Source: Okamejei kenojei
Lineage: Eukaryota
DNA: 64,000 nucleotides
Assembly (NCBI GenBank): GCA_035221665.1
Contig: CM069149.1
Location: forward strand, 31,682,001 to 31,746,000
Reading direction: 5' to 3'
Below, one piece after another: positions 12,791-23,137 of the stretch; the first letter of the stretch is position 1; every line of letters starts with the position of its first letter. The notes below the pieces were generated by a model that was not told the DNA's origin, searched no databases, and worked only from the letters and a program-made list of their open reading frames with translations. The translations under genes were made by a program, and so were the position numbers.

Positions 12791-15485
12791 TATCCCGATG
12801 GAATTAGGGCTGCAGAAGGCAGACCCTGCTGAAGTTGAAATGGCTTTTGAAAGCACGCCACAAAGTAAAAAGAAAAGGCTTGATCTGCCTGGGATAGCAC
12901 AAGTTTTTGCTATACCCGAAGGAAGTGGTGAGGCTATGGAAGAAAGCCTAGCTGCCAATATAAATTATATGGTATCTCACCAGCTTCATAATACTGTGAT
13001 GAATGAATTATCAGAATTATATAAAGCACCAGGCAATTGTGCCTCATTGGAAGTGCCTACGGTGAATCCGATGGTATGGGCGTCTATGACTCCAAGTATG
13101 AGAGCCCAAGAAGTGAAATTTCAAAAGGTGCTAAAATTATTTTCGGCTGCCATCACGGCATTTGGCAGGCAAATGGAGAATCTGGAAATGGACAAGATTC
13201 AAAAAGATACTTTGGGCTTATTGTGCAATTCGTTTTATGAGATCAATTGCATGAGGAAAATGGCGATTCGGCCCATATTTCACCCTAGATATGCAAGCCT
13301 GTGTCAAGAAAGTGGAGTTCAAGCTCCTGGGTATTTGTTTGGAGAAAATCTGCCGAAACAGCTGAAACAGCTGGATGAAGAAGCTAAATATTTTAGCACT
13401 ATTAAGCCTTTTGTCTCTGGACAAAGAAAAGGGTTTTCGGCCCGAAGGGGTTTTGATTTTCGTTATAGAGGCAGAAATTTGTCACGAAAGTATTATCGTG
13501 CTGCACAGGCCAGTGCTTCCCTGCATTCGGGAAAGAGGAGACCATCACGCTCCTATGGAGAGGTATTAAAGACTTCTATCCTTAAAGAAACTGTGGATGA
13601 ATCTCCAGTTGGAGGGAGATTGAAAAAATTTTATAATGCCTGGCTTAATATTACTTCTGATCGATTTATATTACAAGCAGTTTCAGGAGCTATTATTATT
13701 TTTAAAGAAGGGGTCAATCCTCCTGTACAGAATAAACCTGCTTATGCTTATGTGTTTTCTCCAGAAGAAAGAATGGAGATTAATGTGGAAATTGACAAAT
13801 TATCCGAAAAAGGGGTAATTGAAAAAACCTGTGAACATAAGCATCAATTTGTCTCTAATATATTTCGCAGAGATAAGAAAGATGGTGGTTGTAGAATTAT
13901 TCTAGACCTTACAGATCTAAATAAGTTTGTAGAATACAAACATTTTAAGATGGAGACATTCAATACTGCAAAATATTTGATTTCAGCAGGTTCTTATATG
14001 GCTAAGATTGATTTGAAAGACGCCTATTATTCTGTACCAATTCATTATCTTTTTCGGAGATACTTAAAGTTTTATTGGCAGGGGCAATTATGGCAGTTCA
14101 AAGCTTTACCAAATGGATTAAGTTCAGCTCCTAGACTCTTTACAAAACTGTTGAAACCAGTTTTAGCCCAATTAAGAGCACAGAAACACATTGTAATGGC
14201 TTATCTGGATGATATTCTGATTATTAACGATAGTCAAGAGTCAGCTGAGCACTCAATTTCAGTTACTAAAGCTTTGTTTAAAGAGCTTGGATTCTTAATT
14301 CATCCAATTAAATCCCAGCTGCAGCCAGTTCAATCAATTGATTTTCTGGGGTTTATAATTAACTCAGTGACTATGTTAGTTACTTTGCCAGCAAAGAAGA
14401 CAAATGATATTTTGCAAATGTGTAATTACCTCATTCACAAACCTTATCCCTCCATCCGAGAAGTGGCAAAAGTCATTGGTACACTGGTGGCAGCATTTCC
14501 GGCAGTGGAATTTGGGCCATTACATTATCAAAATCTTCAAAGGGACAAAGTAAGGGCTCTTAAAGATAAGGCAGGTCACTTTGACAGACCTATGCAATTA
14601 ACAAGGAAAGCAGTATTGGAATTGCAATGGTGGGTTGAAAATGTCCCACAAGCTGCTAAGAAGATCATGATTAAACAGCCTGAAATGGTTTTACAAACAG
14701 ATGCTAGTGCTCTCGGATGGGGGGCCACAGATTTATCTTCCAGTTGTGGAGGTAGATGGAAAACTGAAGAGCAAGTGTTTCTCCAAGAGTATGGTATTAA
14801 CTATTTGGAGTTATTGGGGGCCTTTTATGGGCTTAAAGCATATTGTTGTGCTAAACAAGGTCTGCATGTGTTAATACAATTAGACAATAAAACAGCTGTG
14901 GTTTACATTAATCACATGGGGGGAGTTAGATCAGTATCATGTGATTGTCTGGTCAATGAGATATGGCAATGGTGTATTGGTCGGCAGATATGGATTTCAG
15001 CAAGCTATATTCCAGGTAAAGACAATGTGGTAGCAGATGAAAGGTCCAGGATTTTTAAAGATAATACGGAATGGATGCTTAAGCCAGCAATATTTAAGAA
15101 TATTGTTAGACGATTTGGGTTGCCAGAAATTGATTTGTTTGCATCCAGGCTTAATCATCAATTGCCTCATTATGTGTCTTGGGAACACGATCCGGACGCA
15201 GTTGCAGTAGATGCATTTTCATTACACTGGGGGAAAATGTTCTTTTATGCTTTTCCACCATTTGCTCTGATCCAGAGATGCTTGAAGAAAATAGAGCAAG
15301 ATTCAGCTTCCGGATTGTTGGTAGTGCCAAATTGGCCAACTCAACCTTGGTTCCCAGTTATGCTGAATATGATTAAAGAACCGTATATGCAGATTCCTAA
15401 CTGTAGCGATATCTTGACTAATCCAGTAACAAATGAAGGTTACCCATTATATGCATATATGAATTTGTTAATCTGCAGGTTTTGA
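12675..15485 (+). CDS. DIRS gag(C-terminal)-reverse transcriptase-RNase H-methyltransferase-like polyprotein
   Basis: 936 aa. Gag-like YKAPGNCASLEVPTVNPMVW...YLFGE; RT VGGRL, IDLKDAY, LPNGLSSAPRLFTK, YLDD; RNase H TDAS..GWG, INYLEL, DNKTAV, N..AD..SR; MT-like IDLFASRLN...YAFPPF...PNWPTQPWF. Confidence 0.93.
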   Translation: MNPKKSLRGLNMMNMAVGQVGNMILQTHDFGLEEVSWDNIPMELGLQKADPAEVEMAFESTPQSKKKRLDLPGIAQVFAIPEGSGEAMEESLAANINYMVSHQLHNTVMNELSELYKAPGNCASLEVPTVNPMVWASMTPSMRAQEVKFQKVLKLFSAAITAFGRQMENLEMDKIQKDTLGLLCNSFYEINCMRKMAIRPIFHPRYASLCQESGVQAPGYLFGENLPKQLKQLDEEAKYFSTIKPFVSGQRKGFSARRGFDFRYRGRNLSRKYYRAAQASASLHSGKRRPSRSYGEVLKTSILKETVDESPVGGRLKKFYNAWLNITSDRFILQAVSGAIIIFKEGVNPPVQNKPAYAYVFSPEERMEINVEIDKLSEKGVIEKTCEHKHQFVSNIFRRDKKDGGCRIILDLTDLNKFVEYKHFKMETFNTAKYLISAGSYMAKIDLKDAYYSVPIHYLFRRYLKFYWQGQLWQFKALPNGLSSAPRLFTKLLKPVLAQLRAQKHIVMAYLDDILIINDSQESAEHSISVTKALFKELGFLIHPIKSQLQPVQSIDFLGFIINSVTMLVTLPAKKTNDILQMCNYLIHKPYPSIREVAKVIGTLVAAFPAVEFGPLHYQNLQRDKVRALKDKAGHFDRPMQLTRKAVLELQWWVENVPQAAKKIMIKQPEMVLQTDASALGWGATDLSSSCGGRWKTEEQVFLQEYGINYLELLGAFYGLKAYCCAKQGLHVLIQLDNKTAVVYINHMGGVRSVSCDCLVNEIWQWCIGRQIWISASYIPGKDNVVADERSRIFKDNTEWMLKPAIFKNIVRRFGLPEIDLFASRLNHQLPHYVSWEHDPDAVAVDAFSLHWGKMFFYAFPPFALIQRCLKKIEQDSASGLLVVPNWPTQPWFPVMLNMIKEPYMQIPNCSDILTNPVTNEGYPLYAYMNLLICRF

Positions 15486-16453
15486 CCAGACCACTACAGG
15501 AACTGGGATTGTCGGACCAAACTTTGACAGTTATTGGCGCATCATGGCGAGATAGCACACAGAAACAATATATGACACATATTAAGAAATGGGAAGAATT
15601 TTGCACACAGTCAAATATTTCTGATGATTCTGTGAATGTTACTCATGTTTTGGAATTCCTTGCCAATTTGCACTTTGGGCAACATTTAAGTTACAGTGCC
15701 ATTAACACTGCACGCAGTGCCTTGTCGTCCTATTTAGGACTTATGACTGGTGAGAAATCAATTGGGTCGCATCCATTAATATCACGATTCATGAAAGGAA
15801 TTTTTCACATGAATCCGCCAAAACCTAGATATACAGAGATTTGGGATGTGAGCATTGTACTTGCTCTACTTAGAGAATGGACTCCAATTGAAGGGTTGCC
15901 ATTGGATAGGTTAACATTGAAATTGGTCATGTTAATGTCACTGGTCTCAGCCCAAAGAGTGCAAACTTTACAAATGTTGCGTTTAGACTGCATGCATGTG
16001 ACTACAGATAACGTTGTATTCTATGTTTACGATCTGATCAAACAAAGTAGACCAGGGAGATCTGGAACAAAGGTAACCTTTCAAGCTTTTCATATTGAGC
16101 CTGCTTTGTGTGTGGTTAGACATTTGAACCAATATATTAAAGTTACGGACACTTTTCGAGGAAACGAAAAGACATTACTGCTTACGCACAAAAAGCCACA
16201 CACAAAAGCTTCAGTTCAAACTATCTCAAAATGGTTGAAACAGGTGTTGGTTTTAGCGGGAGTAGACACTGATGTCTTCAAATCTCACTCCACCAGGGCG
16301 GCAGCTACGTCCGCGGCGAAGGGGCGGGACGTACCTCTCGAGCATATTTTAAAAATCGCAGGGTGGAGTAAAGAAGAAACTTTTTCAAAGTTCTACAACA
16401 AACCTGTTCACACTATGACAAGCTTTGGACACGCGGTGTTGGGAGCACTATAA
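15482..16453 (+). CDS. DIRS tyrosine recombinase (lambda integrase family)
   Basis: 323-aa ORF with catalytic residues R (SAQRV), H-x-x-R (HSTR), W (AGW) and Y (KFYNK). Starts without an ATG at the pol stop. Confidence 0.93.
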   Translation: MTRPLQELGLSDQTLTVIGASWRDSTQKQYMTHIKKWEEFCTQSNISDDSVNVTHVLEFLANLHFGQHLSYSAINTARSALSSYLGLMTGEKSIGSHPLISRFMKGIFHMNPPKPRYTEIWDVSIVLALLREWTPIEGLPLDRLTLKLVMLMSLVSAQRVQTLQMLRLDCMHVTTDNVVFYVYDLIKQSRPGRSGTKVTFQAFHIEPALCVVRHLNQYIKVTDTFRGNEKTLLLTHKKPHTKASVQTISKWLKQVLVLAGVDTDVFKSHSTRAAATSAAKGRDVPLEHILKIAGWSKEETFSKFYNKPVHTMTSFGHAVLGAL

Positions 16454-16692
16454 TCACCTGCTTTTGTTTGCTATTAATTGCTATAATCAGTTGTGTAGTC
16501 ACTGATAATCTTTTGTCACTTGTAATCATTTTTCCCTCAAATATAAGGAGGGTATTATATGGTCTTTCAACCATTAAAAAATTTAATTGTGAAAAGATCT
16601 AACATTTGTCTGCTTTCTCATGTATGTGTTTACTTAGCCGGACTGTCGTACGGATTAATTCTACGACATGAAAAACACAGAAAGCTTTAAAA

Positions 16693-16807
16693 CTCTTCAC
16701 GTAGTCACTCACGTGACTCCGAAGTAAAATAGTAAGATTAAACGAGAACTCACCTGTTCGAAGTTTGATCGTTATTTTACGAGGAGTTTACGATGAGGGA
16801 TTACGTG
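16693..16807. repeat. DIRS internal complementary region (ICR)
   Basis: 16693-16730 is the exact reverse complement of 12099-12136; 16732-16807 is the reverse complement of 16955-17029 with one extra T. Confidence 0.95.
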
Positions 16808-17194
16808 CCCTCCACTCCCACCCTCGTAAAATAAATGATCAAATGGTGGTTCTAAGTCTTTTATGAGCCTTACTATGTTACTCCGGCTTTGGTGTTCTGT
16901 GTTTTTCATGCCGTTGCTTTGAAGTATGCCGTTACCAGCGTGAGGCGGGCTCTTCACGTAATCCCTCATCGTAACTCCTCGTAAAATAACGATCAAACTT
17001 CGAACAGGTGAGTTCTCGTTTAATCTTACCATTTTATTCTTAAAATAAGAGACTGTGACATTAAGGTTCCTGAAACTCAAAGCCATCATCCTACAAGATT
17101 TAAACACACCTCATATTTTTGAGACTAACTATGCATGCAGGTGCAGAAACCACTCGGAGAACTCAATGTACATTTATGTCCAATGTCATGAGAT

Positions 17195-17330
17195 CAGTCT
17201 GAAGAAGGGTCTCGAACCGAAATGTCACCCATTATTCCTTCTCTCCAGAGATGCTGCTTGTCCCGCTGAGTTACTCCAGCATTTTGTGTCTACCATCGAT
17301 TTCAACACACATCTACAGTTCGTTCCTACT
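17195..17330 (+). mobile_element. Penelope pseudo-LTR solo copy
   Basis: cagtctgaagaagggtctcgaaccgaaatgtcacccatt...ctccagcattttgtgtctac. Confidence 0.75.
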
Positions 17331-20300
17331 CCCTTAAATCAAAGCTATACCCGATCAGCAAATGGGGAATGAGGTAGTAATGGATGAACACGGACAGGCA
17401 TGGATCCACAAATATTGTACTCCATCATATAATAAACAAATATTTTATGTCATGGTCATTACTAAACAATAATAAAATATGGCAGATATTGGAAATTTGC
17501 AAAAAACACACAAAATGCTAGAATCAACAGCAGATCGGACATCATCAATGTAAAGAGAAACAAAGGTAACACCATGTTGAAGACCATTTGTCAGAACAGG
17601 AAAAGAAACAAAAGAAGATAGTATTAAGTTATAGAGAGCAAGGTATGGATAGGATAAAGGGAATCTCTCAAATAACATGAAGCTTTACAGTAACTCACTT
17701 AGCATGATTGCTGTAGGAAAAAGCTGTAAACAAAATCGCCCAGTTGATGGGTTAGGAGGGTTAGTTAAAAAGAACACTGAAGAAAGCAACATGCAAGCTA
17801 TGAAATGATGGAAGCTAGAAACAGCAAACTCAAACAAAGGAACATAAGAGATGCAAAATGCTGAGGTGAAGCACATGACCAGGAGGTCAGGCTGCACTAG
17901 ATACAGAAAAAACGAGTCAATATCACAGATGGATTGACCAGTTCTGCTATAGTAACGGTAAGTGTCCTACCTGAACTTATAGAATTTAATATGGAGTTCA
18001 GAAACCTACAGCCTGCCCAGATGGTGATGTTCCTCATCCACAGACCAATAGGTCAGAGTGGAAATGACAAGGAGAATTAAAGTGGCAGACAAGAGGAAGC
18101 TCAGAATCATAACTGTGGACTGAATGCTGGTGCTCTTTATAACGTGCTCACCCAATCTGTGTTTGGTTTCTCCATTGCAGAGAACACCACATCATGAACA
18201 GCAGGACACTAGATCAGAAGAAGAGCAAGAAACTGCTTCGCCTGGAAGAACTGTTTGGTTTGCTGGATGATAATTGGGGAAGAGATAATGGGGCAACTAC
18301 TCTGTTTTGAGAAGGTTGGTGTGTGGGAAGAGGAAGACCAGATAAACTCTAACCTAGCTATGTCCAGTAGGAGAGGAGTTGAGAACAGATAATTTGACAA
18401 CTGACAGTGTATACTAATGGTGAAATTCACCAATGATTTTGCTAGATTGAGTAAAAGGACAGTGAAAGACCATTCACTCAAATATGGCATGAAATCATGG
18501 ACTACTGAGTGCAGTGATCCCTGTCGACACGAATGCTTCTGAGATCAGACTTAGCCACAGTGGGCACCTCAAGGCACTGAAAAACACAACCTTACTGTCT
18601 CCACAATAAGCATTTCAACATAGCATCTTCTCCCAGGCCAATATCTCCAGCACCAAGGCCCTACTTTCAGCAGCTACAACGGGCTGACCACATCATTCCT
18701 GATACCAGAATCCCAAAACAGACACTCTGTTCTGAGCTCTGCTGTGGGAGAATGCCAGATGAACAAGGAAAACAATTGGAGAATTTTCACAAAGCTTCCT
18801 CAAAGACATTCAACATTCCCCAACAACCCTTTGAACTTCTGACCAATGACTGCTCAAATTGGGATGGTACTGAGAATCACAAGGCAGTGCAACAGGAGCA
18901 CAAAGAAGCTAGTATATATACGTGAAAAATATCCGCACATCTCCCACATTGGGATCATAACCACCTCAGATCAGACAAAAATCAGAGCAGAAACAATCCA
19001 GCGACTGAGCCGTAATATACCAACAGATACAATAATACACTTGCACAACAGTAATTTATTTCCATAGCCCATAAGAAAATCACAGTAGCCCGTCAATACC
19101 GTTTTCCCAGTGTCCTGCAACAAATGCACAATCATGCATGTTTTTTAATGTACAGTGACAGTTATAATGCAAATTATAGCAAATCCTAAAATTGCCCAGC
19201 TGTGCTGTCATTGATCCAACTCGGTAATATACAGTGACAACACTATACTGATCAATATTGTGCCTCTGTTATGCGGAGAATGATTTGTCCCCATGACTAA
19301 GGTGCCTCAGCTTTAAATAATGATAGAACACAGTGCTGGAGTAACTTAGCAGGGCACACAGCACCCCTGGAGAACATGGCTAGGTGACATTTCAGGTTGA
19401 GACACTTCGTCAAACAAAGTTCTGTATCCAATAGCACCATACCAGTGCTAAACACTAGCCATTCTGCATTTGCCAATCAGGAACTCAGCATGATACAATG
19501 AATGACATTCAAACACAAGTGCTACCCCCGTACGTATTATGCAATAGTCCGATCTCAAACACTACAGTACTCCCTATGCTGCACACTGAGAGACATGTAG
19601 CCATCAGCACCATACCCTAAGGTTATTTAGCGACAGACTAATGTTACAAAATGATGTTCCCCTCTATTACACATCAAGATGTCCACCAGGTGAGATTTCA
19701 GGTCAGGACCCTTCTTCAGACTAATATAATTATCCTTACCCAAAACATCACATATTCATGTTCTCCAGAGATGCTGCCTGACCCACTGAGATACTGCAGC
19801 ACTTTGGGTCATTTTATTTTAAACCACCTGCTGTAGTTCCTTGTTTCTACTCTTAAGATGTCCACCATTACTGTCTCCAAGGTGACTCTCAGCACCTCTG
19901 AACAGCCTTCCTATCGCTCTGTAATGGAAATGAGTTGTTTACTCTAATGTTACATTGGCCAATCCCTATTAATCTGTACAGTACCCTTAAGTTATATGCT
20001 GACATACGTGGATCCACCACTTCTGTTCCCAAATTTCATGCAAGTATACCCGAGTCCACTGGTCCTGTCTCTCAGCACTATACTATGACAAACCTACATC
20101 CATCAGTACTACACCCATGCTACACACAGAGGTCCTGTACTTGCTAGTACAAAAGAACACTTTTATTGCTCCATATCTGAAATAAAGCCATAAAAAGATA
20201 GAGATATTAGGCACTCTGCAGACAGGAAAAAGGTTGATGATTTGTCATCGGAACTGGATATAACAGGTTTTATTCAGGTAAACAGGAAGAACAGGAAAAT

Positions 20301-21479
20301 AAAATGTTTACATTATGAGTGGGATGCAAGAGAGATGGGATAATAAAAAGGGACATGGGTTAAGGAACAATTGATTGGTTAAAAGAAAGTATAAATGACA
20401 ATAACAAAATCAAACCAACAGCTGTCAATAGTTATGTTGCCAATATCAATAGCTGGTTTATATCAGAATTGTCAAACTCAATGTTCAGTCTGGAAGATCG
20501 TAAAGTGCACAGTGGAAAGTCTGGGTACTCCCTTACTTTTGCACTGACTTTCAATGGACCGACAAAAGAAGACAGAAGTGTGAGCACAAAGAGGAAGTAG
20601 CATTGATGTTTCAGGGTAAAAGAAGCTCATGGCTGTGACTGCAAACTGAACACAGGCAATTACTTACTCTTTGCTGATATTCCCAGTGCAGAAGAGACAG
20701 CACAGTGAGCAGCAATAAATAGATGAAAACTACTGTTTTGCCAATAAGGATATAGAGGGGAGAGGCAAAAAGGAGACACAAGATATCCTTGTCAGTTAGG
20801 TAATGGAGAATCCTAAAACATTCTATAAAATATGAAGAGCAAAAGGGGTAATCAGCGAAAGAATAGATCCCCGTGAAGATCAGTATGGTCATCTATGCGT
20901 GGAACTAAGGGAGTTCGATGAAGCGTTGAATTAATATACACCACATGGAAGATGTCGGCGACTGCAGGGGTGGCGTTGGAATGGAGAGCAGATAAAGCAA
21001 CGGCCGACAGGAAGAAGTGGTAGCAGGTGAGACGGGGGGGGGGGGGGGGGCCCACGGTGACCAAGTGCCGGTGGCTTGAAGAAAGACCTGACGGTAAGGG
21101 GCTACAACATGAGCCACAACAACAGCCACGTCAACTGGTCAGAGTGATAGTTGGTGATGAAGGCTCGCTGGTACAAATCAATGCGACCGCTGCACCTAGT
21201 TTTAACGTGAAAACGACACAAAGTGCTGGAGTAACTCAGCAGACTGAATTAGTTTGAAGAAGGTTCCCAACGTCACCTATCCGTATTCTCCAAAGATGCT
21301 GCCTGGCCTGCTGAGTTACTCCAGCAATTTGTGTCCTTTTGTGGATTAACCATTGTCTGCAGCTCTTTGTTTCAACTTCATATAATGATAAGTTACTCGG
21401 TTATAGCTGACAATTGGCAACAACGGACACCATTCACCCACCATGGTAGGTTATAACCTACCGTAGATTAAATGGTTTA

Positions 21480-22435
21480 TTGTAGTTTCATCAGGTCTCC
21501 CTTCAACCTCCGATGCTCCAAGAAAACAATATAAGTTTGTCCATCCTCATTTCATAACGCCCTAATTCAGGTGGCATTCCAGTAAATCTCTTCTGCACCA
21601 CCTCCAAAGCTTCCACATCCTTCCTATGATGGGGCAATCAAAACTATACACAATACTCAAAATGCAGCCTAAACAAAGTCCTATAAAGCTGCAACATGGC
21701 TTCCATGATTCTTACATTCAATGCCCTGATTGAAGGCAAGCATACCATACAACTCCTTCACCATCCCATCTACTTGTGCTGCTACTTTCAAGGAGCAATG
21801 GACTCAAACCCAAAGATCCCTCTGTATGTCAATGCTGTTAAGCCTTGCCATCACTGTATACTTTCCCCTTACATTCGACTTCCCAACGTGCAATACCTAA
21901 TTTCTCCGTCCATTTCTGTAGCTTATCAATATCCCGCTGTATACTTTCGCAGCATTCCAGACTATCCACAATTCTACCAATTTTGGTGTAATCTGCAACC
22001 AAACCTTTTTTATTTACATCCAAGTCACTTATATATCATAAACAACAGAGAACTCAGCACAGATCCCTGCAGAACTCCACTGGGTTCAGGCTTCCAGTCA
22101 AAACCACACCCATCCACCACAAACCTCTGTCTTCTAAGATCAAGTCCCCATGGATCCTATTCATCTTAATCGTCTGGATCAGCATACCATGAAGGACTTT
22201 ATCAAACGAATGACTAAAATCTATGTAGGCAACATCCACCACCCTACCTTCATTAAACCATCTGTTTCCACCTCCTCAAAAAACTCAATCAGCTTCACAA
22301 CGTAAAACCTGCCTTGGCAATGCCATGCAGAATGTCGCTAATTAGCCAATTCTCTTCCTAATGCAGGTACATCTTATCGCAAAGAATCCTCTCCAATAAC
22401 TTCCCTACCACTCACTAGCCTATAATTTCCTGGGT
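21480..22435 (-). mobile_element. degenerate CR1-type LINE (RT region)
   Basis: Minus-frame remnants VDVAYIDFSHSFDKVLHG and ADYTKIG..IQRDIDKLQKW. Confidence 0.75.
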
Positions 22436-23075
22436 TAAGATTGGAAGGAAGCTAATGTGGCTCTATTTAAGAAGGACTTCAAGGACAATCCAAGAGAACT
22501 ACGGACTGATCAGCCTAATATCAGCGATGAGAAAGTTACTGGATGGAATTCTCTGAGAAAAGATGACGATAGGATCTGCATTTGGAAAAGCAAGGCCCTA
22601 TTATGGATAGTCAGATTGGCTTGATGCATGGGAAATTGTATCCATGAATTTCCCAGAGTTTATTGAAAAGATGACCAAGAGGATTGACGAGGGAATTTCA
22701 GTAAACGTTGCCGACATGGATTCAGCAAAGCCCTTGACAAAGTCCATATAGGCATATCCAGAAGGTCAGATCACATAGAACCCAAGGTGAAACAGACAAC
22801 TGCGTATAAAATTTGCTTGGAGGAAGCTGTCAAAGGATGGCAATGGAGGCTTGTTTTTCAGATTGGAGGCCTGGAACCAATGGTGTCCCATACGGATCCT
22901 TGCTGGGTCTGAAGAAGGGTCCCGACCCGAAACGTCACCCATTCCTTCTCTCCAGAGATGCTGCCTGTCCCGCTGAGTTACTCCAGCATTTTGTGTCTAC
23001 CTTTGATTTAAACCAGCATCTGAAGTTCTTTCTTACCCACCTTGCCGGGTTCACTGCTGTTTGTCATATGTCGAT
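22436..23075 (+). mobile_element. degenerate CR1-type LINE fragment interrupted by a Penelope pLTR
   Basis: Remnants of W..ANV..LFKK and FSDWRPGTNGVPYGSLLG motifs. Confidence 0.7.
22905..22941 (+). ncRNA. minimal type-I hammerhead ribozyme motif at the head of a Penelope pLTR copy (22909-23039)
   Basis: GGGT-CTGAAGA-A-GGGTC-CC-GACCC-GAAAC-GTC-ACCC: CUGANGA and GAAA core boxes, stem II, palindromic ACGT in place of stem III, GUC cleavage triplet. TSD ccttgc(t/c)gggt. Confidence 0.65.
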
Positions 23076-23137
23076 TTGAGAAGAGCTTCTACCCATCAAC
23101 CACCAGATTCTTGAGCCATCTTGCACAACCCCAACTA

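Larger units (their letters stand above)
12099..17035 (+). mobile_element. full-length DIRS1-type tyrosine-recombinase retrotransposon in BRAF intron 1 (antisense to BRAF)
   Basis: Inverted terminal repeats (12126-12160 is the exact reverse complement of 16926-16960). The internal complementary region 16693-16807 is complementary to both ends. Gag, RT-RNaseH-MT and YR ORFs are present. ATTTT occurs at both ends. Confidence 0.96.

Noticed and set aside
12070-12900. 276-aa minus-strand ORF over the DIRS 5' region
   Set aside because: Antisense shadow of gag with no recognisable domain. Not excluded as a family feature, but unsupported here.
20852-21064. PLVPRIDD..LHG..FF resembles Gypsy RT YPLPRIDD
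   Set aside because: Flanking residues do not follow RT motifs; too weak to call.
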